A stretch of DNA of 64,000 nt. Source: Chiloscyllium plagiosum. Its lineage: Eukaryota. Below, piece by piece: positions 37,420 through 49,243 of this stretch. Under the pieces are notes generated by a model. The model was given only the letters and a program-made list of their open reading frames with translations. It ran no database searches and was not told where the DNA came from. How positions within the stretch are numbered: position 1 is the first letter of the stretch; each line of letters begins with the position of its first letter. The translations under genes were made by a program, and so were the position numbers. The stretch lies in the NCBI RefSeq assembly GCF_004010195.1, contig NC_057719.1, positions 45,147,971 through 45,211,970 on the forward strand, given 5' to 3'.

Positions 37420-37720
37420 ATAATATTAGATTTTCTACAGTGTGGAAACAGGCCCTTCAACCCAACAAGTCCACACCGGCCCTCAGAGAGCAACCCACCC
37501 AGAACCATTTCCTTCTGACTAATGCACCCAACACTATGCGCGGTTTACCATGGCCAATTCACCTGATCTGCACATCTTTAGACCATGGGAGGAAATCAGA
37601 GCACCCAGAGGAATCCCACGCAGACACTGGGAGAATGTGCAAACTCCACACAGGTGGGAACCGAACCCGGGTCCCTGGCGCTGTGAGGCAGCAGTGCTAA
37701 CCACTGAGCCACCGTGCTGC
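37420..37720 (-). mobile_element. HE1-type V-SINE
   Basis: Reverse complement of GGCAGCACGGTGGCTCAGTGGTTAGCACTGCTGCCTCACAGCGCC... with V-domain and tail. Confidence 0.9.
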
Positions 37721-38504
37721 CTTCAGGTATACTGGACGTGCCACCTCTCCTTCCAGACATCTGAGAGCTTTTTACTATATCATTCCCATCCATAAGCTGT
37801 TCACCCATGCAGAGTTGATGTCAGACTGATGGCTTTTGGAATCCATAACTGGTCATAACACCAGTGACTTAATGCTGGCTAAATCTAATTTTCTACAAAT
37901 GTCCCAGTACTGTGTTGTTTCTCTTACACCTTTCCCCCCAACTACTTGCAGAGCAACAGTGTAAATACCAATTGTAATGTGTTGTACTAACATGTCCTTT
38001 AAAAGCACAACAATTCATACAAACAAGGAATTAGAGTAGGCCTTTTGAGCCACCTACAGTATTCAGTAAAGTCCTCTATGATCGAATTTCAACCTCGCCT
38101 CTCAATCCTGCATATCCATGATAATCTTTCATCCAATACTGTGATCATCCGTGTATCTACCTTTGCATTAAAAATATTTAAAGATTCTGCATCCACTGGC
38201 TTTTGAGGAGGGAAACTAAAGTTATTCAGTTGTCTGAGAGGAAGAAGTGTTTCTTCTTCTCTATTAAATGGATACCCCTTTTATTTTTAAATCCTTCTCA
38301 GTCCTTTGTTATAAAGCCATTCTTTATCCAGTTCAGTCCACAGTCAAAACGAAAGCGAAATAAAAGGCTTTTACAAATTATTTAGTGAATGCAAATCCCT
38401 GGAGTTAAGTTATTGCCTCACCGGTTGCCAATTAGTCTTAAAGGGAGCACTCCTATGTGGTGTGTCCCTTTGCATGTACATTAGGAGGTTGTACTAAGAC
38501 ACCA

Positions 38505-38776
38505 CGGCACGGTGGCACAGTGGTTAGCACTGCTGCCTCACAGCGCCAGAGACCCGGGTTCAATTCCCGCCTCAGGCGACTGACTGTGTGGAGTTTGCAC
38601 GTTCTCCCCGTGTCTGCGTGGGTTTCCTCCGGGTGCTCCGGTTTCCTCCCACAATCCAAAAGATGTGCAGGGTCAGGTGAATTGGCCGTACTAAATTGCC
38701 CGTAGTGTTAGATAAGGGGTAAATGTAGGGGTATGGGCCGAAGGGCCTGTTTCCACACTGTAATCTAATCTAAAAA
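38505..38776 (+). mobile_element. HE1-type V-SINE
   Basis: Near-identical to the 25541 copy, with a deletion in the tail. Confidence 0.92.
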
Positions 38777-38782
38777 ACCAGA

Positions 38783-41700
38783 GAGTCATAGAGATGTACA
38801 GTATGGAAACAGACCCTTTGGTCCAACTCGTTCATGCCGACTAGGTATCCCAACCTAATCTAGTCCCATTTACCAGCACCTGGCCCATATCCCTCTAACC
38901 CTTAAGTGTATAAGGCCTGCTAAAATTTGATTTCCCAAAATGCAGCACCTTACATTTATCTAAATTAAACTCCATCTGCCACTCAGCCCATTGGCCCATC
39001 TAATCAAGATTTCATTGTAATCTGAAGTAACCTTCTTTGCTGTCCACTACACCTCCAATCTTGGTGTCATCTGCAAACTTACTAACTGTACCTCTTATAC
39101 TCGCATCCAAATCATTTATGTAAATGATGAAAAGTAGTGGACCCAGCACCGATCCTTGTGGCACTCCACTGGTCACAGGCCTCCAGTCTGAAAAACGACC
39201 CTCCTCCATCACCCTCTGTCGTCTACCTTTGAGCCAGTTCTGTAACCAAATGGCTATTTCTCCTTGTATTCCATGAGATCTGACCTTGCTAACCAGTCTC
39301 CCATGGGGAGCCTTGTTGAACGCCTTACTGAAGTCCCTCCAGATCACATCCACCGCTTTGCCATGGTCAATCCTCTTTGTTATTTTTTCAAAAAACTCAA
39401 ATCAAGTTTGTGAGACACGATTTCCCTTGCACAAAGCCATGTTGACTATCCCTAATCAGTCCTTGCCTTTCCAAAAACATGTAAATCCTGTCCCTCAGGA
39501 TTCTCTCCAACAACTTGCCCACCACCAACGTCAGGCTCACTGGTCTATAGTTCCCTGGCTTGTCCTTAAAACCTTTCTTAAATAATGGTAGCACGTTAGC
39601 CAACTTCCAGTCTTCCAGCACCTCACCTGTGACTATTGGTAGGAATATCTCAGTAAGAGGCCCAGCAGTCACTTCCCTAGCTTCCCACAGAGTTTGAGGG
39701 TACACCTGACCAGGTCCTGGGAATTTCTCTACCTTTACGCATTTCGAGACATCCAGCACTTGCTCCTCTGTCATATGGACATTTTTCAAGATGTCACCAC
39801 CTATTTCTCCATATCCTAAATGTTCCACGTCCTTCTCCGCAGCAAACACTGATGCAAAATACTTTAGTATCTCTCCCATTTCCTGTGGTTCCACACAAAG
39901 GTTACCTTGCTGATCTATGAGGGGTCCTATTCTCTCCCTAGTTACACTTTTGTCCTTAATGTGGTTGTAAGAACCCTTTGGATTCTCCTTAACCCTATTT
40001 GCCAAAGCTATCTCGTGTCTCGTTTCTGCCCTCCTGATTTCCCTCTTAAGTATTCTGCCTTTATACTCTTCTAAGGATTCACTTGATCTCTCCTGTCTAT
40101 ATTTGGCATGTGCTTCCTTCCTTTTCTTAACCAAACTTTCAATTTCTCTTGTCAGCCAGCATTTCCTATACCTACCAGCCTTTTCTTTCACCCTAACAGG
40201 TATGTACTGTCTCTGGACACTCGTTATCTCATTTCTGAAGGCTTCCCATTTTCCAGCCGTCTCTTTACCTGCTAACATCTGCACCCAATCTGTTTTTGAA
40301 AGTTCTTGCCTAATATCGTCAAAAATGGCCTTTCTCCAATTTAGAATTTCAACTTTTAGATCTGATCTATCTTTTTCCATCACTCTTTTAATATTAATAG
40401 AATTATGGTCACTGGCCCCAAAGTGCTCTCCCACTGACACCTCAGTCACCTACATTCCCTTATTTCCTGAGTAGGTCAAGTTTTGCACTTTCTATAGTAG
40501 GTACGTCCACATACTGAATCAGAAAATTTTCTTGTACACTCTTAACAAATTCCTCTGCATCTAAACCCTTAACACTATGGCAGTTCCTGTCTATGTTTGG
40601 AAGTTAAAATGCACTCCCATAACCACCACATTATTCTTACAGATAACTGAAAAAACCTTCCAAATCTGTTTCTCAATTTCCCTCTGACTGTTAGAGGGTC
40701 TGTAATAAAATCCCAATTAGGTGATCATCCCTTTCTTATTTCTCAGTTCCATCCAACTAACTTCCTTGAATGTATTTCCGGGAATATCCTCCCTCAATCC
40801 AGCTGTAATGCTCTACCTTATCAAAAATGCCACTCCCTCCTCTCTCTTGTCCCCCTTTCTATCGTTCCTATAGCATTTATATCCTGGAACATTAAGCTGC
40901 CAGTCTTGTCCATCCCTGAGCCATGTTTCTGTAATTGCTATGATGATATCCCAGTCCCATGTTCCTAACCATGCCCTGAGTTCATCTGCCTTCCCTGTTA
41001 GGTCTCTTACGTTGAAATAAATACAGTTTAATTTATCAGTTCTACCTTGTTCTATGCTTTGTTCCTGTATGCTGTGATTATTTGACTAGCTTCTTTTCTG
41101 AACTCTACCAGTCTCAGATTGATCTCTTTCCTCCGTATAACCCTGGGTCCCAAAACTCCTCCTTACTAGTTTAAATCCTTCTGAGAAGTTGTAGCAAATC
41201 TCCCTGCCAGTATATTAGTCCCCTTCCAATTCAGGTGCAATCCATCCATCTTGTACAGGTCAAATCTACCCCCAAAGGGATCCCAATGATTCAAAAAATG
41301 TGATTCCTTCTCCCATACACCAGTTCCTCAGCCACACATTCATCTGCTCTATCCTCCTATTCCTACCCTCACTAGTTCGTTGCACTGGAATCAATCCAGG
41401 TATTACTACCCTTGAGGACCTCCTTTTTAAATTCCTGCCTAACTTTCTATATTCTCCCTTCAGAATCCCATCCTTTTCCCTTCCTATGTCGTTGATACCA
41501 ACATGTACAATGACTTCCTGTTGGTCCCTCTCCCTTTTGAGAATATTCTGCACCCTCTCTGAGCTATCCTTGATCTTGGCACAGGAAGGCAACACACCAT
41601 TATGATTTTTGGCTGCAGAAACGACTGTGCTCCTGACTAGAGTGTCCCTTAACATAATCGATTGCTTGGAACCTGATGTACCCCTCATTACATTAGAGCC

Positions 41701-42040
41701 AGCCTTGATACCAGAAACTTGGCTGTTCGTGCTATACTCCCCTGAGAGTCCATCACCCCTTACATTTTCCAAAATAGCATTCTTGTTTGAAATGGAGATA
41801 GCTACAGAAGACTACTGTACTATCAGCGTACCTCTCATGCCTTTCTTGGAGTTAAACCATCTACCTGCCTGTATCTGCGTCTTTTCTCCCTTCCTGTAAC
41901 TGCCATCCGTCGCACCTCCTAGCTGTTGTAAATTCCTCATTGCTTCTAACTGTAACTTCAACTGATCCATTTGATCTGACAGGATTCGCAATCAATGACA
42001 TTTATTGCAGGTATAATCCTCAGTAACCCTTAAACCCTTC
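38783..42040 (-). mobile_element. CR1/HER1 LINE with esterase-type ORF1 (41266-41772) and ORF2 (APE-RT), internally deleted near 38900
   Basis: ORF1 VIVHVGINDIG...RVVIPGLIPV (SGNH-like); ORF2 SDHNSI, PGNYRPVSLT, QHGFV, GVPQGSVLGP, FADDTK. Confidence 0.93.
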
Positions 42041-44527
42041 TGAAATGATGATGGGCTGCACAGGGGCTCTGGCGTATTCTGAGCTACTTTTGTCGAGCTA
42101 CTCAAAGCCTGTGTCAGACAGATGTAATTGTCATGAGGATGCTCTCAATGTTTTCTATTTCTTGATCAAGAGATGTCTGCTTGGAGATCTTGATCAGGGA
42201 GGGAAGCCAAAATGGAAGGCAGGCAGTAGGTTGATTGAATATGTCTTTGTGGCCTGGCAATTGAAGTGCAGGGTAAATTGTTTCATCCAGCTTGCAGGTT
42301 TCCACAGTTGGCAATGTGAGAGGGTGTGATATTTAGGAAGAGTGGAAGCTAGGGGGATGGGGTGTTGAGCAGAAGAATTTTGGAATTCAGTAAATATGCT
42401 TAATGTGAGAAGTAATTTGCTTAAGTAGTTTGACAACTATGTAACTGTGTCATCAAGGATTTGGTCCATGGTGCAGAAGGATTGAGTTCGGATGGCACAA
42501 CAGATGTCATCAATATAGATGAATTTGTGAGATATGCTTGTTGGGAGGTAATTTATATATAGGTTGAACAGTGTTGGGGCTAATAGCTGAATCCAGTATT
42601 AGTCTGTTAGTTGGTCTTCTCCATTGGCTAATCCTGCCTGAGGTGGACTCAGCTGGTACATTGGAATTTTCTAACAATTGTCTCGACTCTGTTTTTAAGC
42701 ACTTTGTGCAGTTTTAAAAGCAGGCCAGTATTTTATGATTGTATCTTGGTGCTGTTGGATCTCTCAACAACCTATGTCTGTTTTTCAGGTTCTTTTGGAA
42801 GATATTTTTGGCAAAAGTAATATTCCCAAGCATCGGCGATTCTTGTCCTTCTAGTAGTAGAAGTTTTGAGTTTGGAACGTACTGTCCGAGGGAGCCTTGG
42901 TGAGATACTGCAGTGTATTTTGTGAATGGGACACTTTGCTGTGACTCTTCCTCAGTGGAGAAGGAAGTTAATGTTGAAGATTGTGATTGTAGTAGCAATC
43001 AAATGGTGTACTTTATCTTGGTTAGTGTCAACCGTTTCGATACCTTTTTTGGAGCTGCACTCATCTAGACAAGTGTAGAGTATTCTATCATCCTCCTGAT
43101 TTGTGCCTCATTAATGGTAGACAGGCATTGGGAAACAGGAGGCCACAAAATTCCCAGCCTGTGACCTGTCCTTGGAGATGTGTTTATATAGTGAGCGTTT
43201 CTGGCATCATCTGGCTGTGCATTTCCATTGTTTGCAGTTATGTATCGAGGAAGCCCACACTAGGAGCTGTAGGCCATCATGTGGTTGCTGTTGAAATTTC
43301 CTAAGTAAGTAGTTGGGTGGGGCAATATCTGCCGAGCCTGTTCATTGCTGCCACTTAGAGGTTAGTGCATGTTACACTTTGGAAACTCCCAGGTGGAATT
43401 GTCATAGATGTGGTTCATGACAAGGTCAGTTTGGACATGAGTTGCATGACTGTATTTAGTATGAGGGGAGTCGCACAGTAGTTCAACATTTTTGATTAAT
43501 AGTGCTTTCTTTAGTTTCTGTGTCTGTCTTTTGGAGGTAAATGATGTTAGCATTGGATGGCAAGCATTCAGTAAGGTGTTGCTTGGCAGCTGATAGGCCA
43601 TCAACATTGTTATAAGATTGGAAAGTCCAAGCCATAAAGCCAAAGGGTTGATCACTTTTGAGATTGGTGGTTCTGGGGTTATTGAGATTCCACAGTCTCT
43701 CTTCTGGAGTCCTTTAATTGTCTGTTGGAATTCAACCTGCTGGTGAGTCCATTTGCTTCCCTTGGGAGTGCTTAGATACTGATGGTGGGGAAAGCATGCT
43801 GCACGAATGCTGATCCATTGTTCCCTGATGTTTCTCTTGAAGTTCCTTGACTATTTGCCCGATGCATTCAACTGAACCTCAGCCTCTGAGCATTCGTTAT
43901 AGTCAACATATGAGCATCCTGGTTATGGTTGGTTTTCTATATTCTGTTTTTAAAATCTCAGATTTCCTCTTCAAGTTCCTGAAATTCAACAGGTAAAAGG
44001 GTAATTATACATTAATGGGCAGGGCACATGCAAAGTATGCTTTCCACCACCTTATCCTCCTTCACACTATGACTTTATTTCTCTGTCCTTCCATTGATAT
44101 GCCTAATTCTGAGGTAACATGCTGCAGCGAACAGAAGTCATTTGGTATCTCTTTGTACTAAAAAGTACATAATTACTATTTCCTTATCTGTAGGACCACA
44201 TTTTTCATATGCATGGGATGGTTTGTCAAGTGGATTGTTGGAGGCAAAAATATTTTAAACTGTTTCAAAAGTACATTACATGACAAGATGGGAATTTATG
44301 TTGGAATTGGCAGTTTGTATTTGTGTGATTGTATTAAGTAAAAAAAAGGGGTTAATTTGCACAACATTAAATTTCCATTGTGAAAATGAGTATGTAGAAG
44401 GAAGTAGATTAACAGTAAAGAAAATAAGTTGGCATGTTAAATGTGACAAATAATCTTTGCCATATCCAGTGTGGAATTGGACAATTGTCATCTAAAAATG
44501 AAATACTATAGTAGCTAAAACAATCAA

Positions 44528-46880
44528 GGGAGTGCAATGGCCTAGTGGTATTATTGCTAGACAATTAATCCAGAGACCCAGGTAATGTTCTGGGGACCTA
44601 GGTTCAAATCCCACCACTGCAAATGGTGGAATTTGAATTCAATAAAGAAAGATCTGGAATTAAGAATCTACTGATGACAGTGAAATCATTGTCAATTGTC
44701 GGAGAAAACCCATCTGGCTCATTAATGTCCTTTTAGAGAAGGAAATCTGCCATCCCCACCTGGTCTGGCCTACATGTGACTCCATATCCACAGCAATGTG
44801 GTTGACTCTCAGTTGCTAAAGACAAGGGCAGAAGCAGCCCTGTTGATCCTGCAAAGTCCTCTTTCCTAACATCTGGGGGTAGTGCCAAAATTAGGAGAGC
44901 TGTCTTTCAAACCCTTCAAACAACAACCTGATGTAATCATACTCACAGAATCATACCTTACAGACAATGTTCCAGATACCACCATCATCATCCCTGGAAA
45001 TGTCCTGGCCCACCAGTGGCGGCACAGTGGTATATAGTCAGGAGGGAGTTGCTCTGGAAGTCCTCAACATTGAATCCGGAAAATGAAGTCTCATGGCTTC
45101 AGGTTAAATGTGGGCAAGTACACCTGCTGACTACCATGCGGTGTCCTCTGTCAATGTTGAACATGATACTCCTTCTTGTTGAACAATACTTGGAGCAAGT
45201 ATAGAGGATGGCAGGGGCACAAAATGTACTCTGCATGGGGCATTTCTGTGACCACCACCAACAGTGCCTTGGCAGCAGTACTACTGATTGAGCTGGTGAG
45301 GTCCTAAATGACACATTTGCTGGACCGCATCTGCAGCAGGTGGTAAGGAAACAAACTAGGGAAAATCATACTTGACTTTATCCTTACCAATCTGCCAGTT
45401 GCAGATGCATCTGTCCATGACAGTATTGGTACGCATGACCACCACACAGTCCTTGTGGAGACGAAGTCTCGCCTGCGCAATTGTATGGCGCTATCACTGT
45501 GCGAAATGGGACAGATTCTGAACAGATCTAGCAAGTCAAGACTGGGCATCTATGAGGCTCTTTGGGCCATCAACAGCAGCAAAACTGTACTCCAGTACAA
45601 TCTTAACCTCGTGACCCTCGCCCCTCAACCATTACCATAAAGCCAGGGGATCAACCCTTGTTCAATGGCGAATGCAGGAGGGCAACACCAGGCTTACCTG
45701 AAAATGAGGTGTCAGTCTAATGAAGTCACCAAACTGGGTTATTTGCATGCTAAACATCTTAGACAGCAAGTGATTCCACAACCAACGGATCAGATCTATG
45801 CTCTGCAGCCCAGCCATATCCGGTAGTGAATGGTGGTGGATGACTAAATAATTCACTGGTGGAGGAGGAGGCTCCACAAATATCCCCATCCTCAATGATG
45901 GAAGAGCCCAGCACATCAGTGCAAAAGGTAAGGCTGAAGCTTTCGCAGCAGTCTTCAGCCTGAAGTGTAGAGTGTATCATCCATTTTGGCTTCCTCCAGA
46001 TATCTCCACTAGTACAGACACAAGTCTTCAGCCAGTTTGAATTACTCCATGTGGTACCAAGAAATGGTTGGAGATGCTAGATACTGCAAAAGGCTACAGG
46101 CCCTGGCAATGTTCTGGCAATAATACTGAAGACTTGTGCTCCAGTACTTGCCGCACCCCTAGCCAGGTTGTTCCAGTACAGCTATATTGGCATCTATCCA
46201 ACAATGTGCAAAATTGCCCAAGTATACCCTATACGTAAAAGGCAGTTAAAATCCAGCTTAACCAATTACTGGCCCATCAGTCTATTCTTGATCATCAATA
46301 AAGTGATGGTAGGTGTCATTAACAGTGCTATCAAGCAGCACCTGCTTAGCAATAGCCTGCTCAGTGACTCCAGTTTGGGTTCTGCCAGGACTATTCAGCT
46401 CCTGACCTCATTACAGCCTTGGTTCAAACTTGGACATAGCTGAATTCCACACGTGAGATGAGTGTGACAGCCCTTGACATCAAGTCTGCATTTGATGGAG
46501 TGTGGCATCAAGGAGCCCTGACAAAACTGCAATGAATGGGAATCCCGAGGCAAACTCTCCGATGGTTAGAGTCATACCTGGCACAAAGGGAGAGATTGAT
46601 TGTTGGTCAGTCATCTCAGCTCCAGGACATCTCTGCAGGAGTTCCTCAGGGTAGCGTCCTAGGCCCAACCATCTTCAGCTGCTTCATCAATGACCTTCCC
46701 TCCATTAGAAGGTCAGAAGTGGGGATGGTCACTGATGATTGCACAATGTAGAGCACCATCTGAAGCAGTCTGTGCCCAAATGCACCAAGATCTGGACAAT
46801 ATCCAAGCTTGGGCTGACAATTGGCAGGTAAAGTTCATGCCTTACAAATTCCAGGCTATGACCATCACCAATAAAAGACT
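44528..46880 (+). mobile_element. tRNA/SINE-headed CR1/L2-group LINE (APE + RT), degenerate and 3'-truncated
   Basis: A box TGGCCTAGTGG 44538-44548, B box GGTTCAAATCC 44601-44611, then QQPDVIILTESYL (APE), LDIKSAFDGVWHQG and GVPQGSVLGPTIFSCFIND (RT). Confidence 0.8.
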
Positions 46881-47314
46881 ATCTTTATATTCAATTAAAG
46901 AAAAATCAGCATTAATCTGTTTCAAACAAAGAGCAACTAGAACCAGGGCTATTGAAGGGCTGTGGAATTTGCTTCCCCTTTTTAATGGATAAGGCAGAAA
47001 CTGTATACGTTTACATTTGGATAGATGGATCAAGGAAAACAAAATAATGGCTTAAATATTCATAGGATATTTGCTTGGCAGCAGGCAAAGGTGCTTCAGA
47101 GTGTTCCTTGCATGTGACTGCACTTGAATGCTAATTAGTTGAATATGTTCTCTACTGTTGGCCTAACAAGCCCTCAATTGTAAATACCATTGCTACAAAG
47201 TCAGGAGGTGACTAATGATTGTGGTTTTGTTAATGCTATACACATATTGAGAAATTTCAGAAATGCAATGTTCAGTCAGTAAGCTTTTTAAACTGATTTT
47301 TTTCCCTCCCACAG

Positions 47315-47395
47315 TGGATAAATATAAGAATTGTACAGCAGAAAGTGTAAGAAATGATGCTACAAAAGGCACAGATCCACTTATTAATCTTGATG
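47315..47395 (+). CDS. RTRAF: RTRAF exon 4: VDKYKNCTAESVRNDATKGTDPLINLD
   Basis: Polypyrimidine-CAG/GTAAG; 81 nt; phases fit neighbours; PLINLD conserved. Confidence 0.93.
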
Positions 47396-47588
47396 GTAAG
47401 TAATAGCCATGCTCAACTATAGTTTACTCTTAAGAGGAGGAAACCTGATCTAAGAAATTGTATGGGTTATCCATATTGACCAAAAAGTTGCAAGAAAGTT
47501 GAGTGGTACTGTTGATGGGCAGTCTGCAAATACTGCAGAAGCTGTCAATGTCTGGAGGCTTTCATCATTATTGGATTCATTTTACCTC

Positions 47589-47705
47589 TGGTGGCACGGT
47601 GGCTCAGCGGTTAGCACTGCTGCCTCACAGCACCAGGGTCCCAGGTTCGATTTCAGCATTGGTCTGTGTGGAGTTTGCATATTCTCCCCATGTCTGTGTG
47701 CTCTG
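47589..47705 (+). mobile_element. HE1-type SINE 5' fragment
   Basis: GGTGGCACGGTGGCTCAGCGGTTAGCACTGCTGCCTCACAGC...TGTGTGGAGTTTGC. Confidence 0.8.
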
Positions 47706-49154
47706 CTACAGAAGATTGGAGAATAGGCACTGCTCCTACAACCTCACTCATGCTAAATGAAGATGTAGTATTGAGTTAATTCTCCTTTCTACCTTCTATT
47801 TGCTTCACTCTGTTGTCGGGACAGGTCTTTTTCTGTTTGTTTGTATGATCTCTTGTGTTTCCCAGAAAGTGTCTTCCTACACTTAGGCCAATCAACTTTG
47901 GCTTGTTACGAGGTTAAAAGCATATCTTAAGTTTGTTATACGGCCATGTTTTCATTGATGCAAAATAGTGTTTGGGTGCTCAATAATATAAGTGGTGGCA
48001 GAAATTAAAAATTAAAAGTAATACAGGAATTAGGGTCAGGAATACTCTTAGGCTTATTTAAGCTAACAATGACTTCTGTCACTGCATGGAACTGAGATTA
48101 CATCAGCTGCCTGGTGATAAGCTATAATGTGAAAGTGTATAAGCTGTCAGTGGTTTTTTTGTGAAACATCTTCAATCTTTGTTTGAAATCTTCATAACAC
48201 TGAACAGACCTTTTCTGCTTACTGCTATTGAAAATTAGCTGTGTGCGCACTACCTTGCAGGTATCCCAACACATCAAGAACAAAGTTTGCTGGTATCATT
48301 GGTAAGGGCACTACCCTGATAAATCAGCCAACTTACCTGGTTTAAAGTCTAAATAAAGCCTGGCAATTATCTGTAAATTCCCATTTTCTGTTATATTCTC
48401 TGTGGCAGCACCTTGACCACCAAGTCCACTTGCTGACCAATCAGCAGTCTCCTATTATACAGTATTAAATATTGGCTTTTCCCCCTTTCTGGTGATATTG
48501 CAAATTGTCCTAATGAATGTAAGATCCAAAGTTTCAACAAAATGTCTGTCTTCATGGTACTTGAATTCTATGCTACCAAATAACTATTAATAAGAAGTGT
48601 TGACAGATTGACAAGCACTGATTTTTGACGCGCTCTGCTACTGTCAATAGTATACAAATGCTCAATAAATATTTGACACTTGCTATTTCAGTGGAAATTC
48701 ATAAGTCACTTTAAACTCAAACTTGACATTATCTCTACATGTTGCAACCCGTCCTACTTCAATAGTTCTGAATCACTGCTCCTAAATCTGTCCCTATTGA
48801 ATAACCTGTTCCGTTTGACATAGAACTTTCTACATCAGATGTAGCACAATATTCTATATTGAAAAAGGTTATACTTTTTTCATACTTGTATAATTGTCAC
48901 TGGAGGATTGGGCGCATACAGTAATTTCCTCACCACTATGTTTCTGGTTTCTCAGAGAAACATATACCCTGCAGAGGGTGCTATTACAGCTACTGGTGCT
49001 GCAATGTTTTACAGCTGCAAATTCTTTACAGCATTGAGTCAAAGTAAATTAGCTCTTTTGGTGACTTTGAATTTTTGAAATTGGATTAGCCCAAATTTAC
49101 ATTTTTAAAAACTTTTGAACAGTTTCAGTTCCATAACATTGTTTTCTATTATAG

Positions 49155-49243
49155 TTAACAACCCTGACTTTAAGGCTGGTGTGATGGCATTAGCTAATCT
49201 TTTACAAATCCAGCGCCATGATGACTACCTCGTAATGTTGAAG
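49155..49243 (+). CDS. RTRAF: RTRAF exon 5: VNNPDFKAGVMALANLLQIQRHDDYLVMLK
   Basis: TAG/GTAAG; 89 nt; near-identical to vertebrate RTRAF. Confidence 0.96.

Noticed and set aside
42040..43900. Several short ORFs in RTRAF intron 3
   Set aside because: Look like decayed LINE fragments; no consistent exon structure or recognisable host protein.
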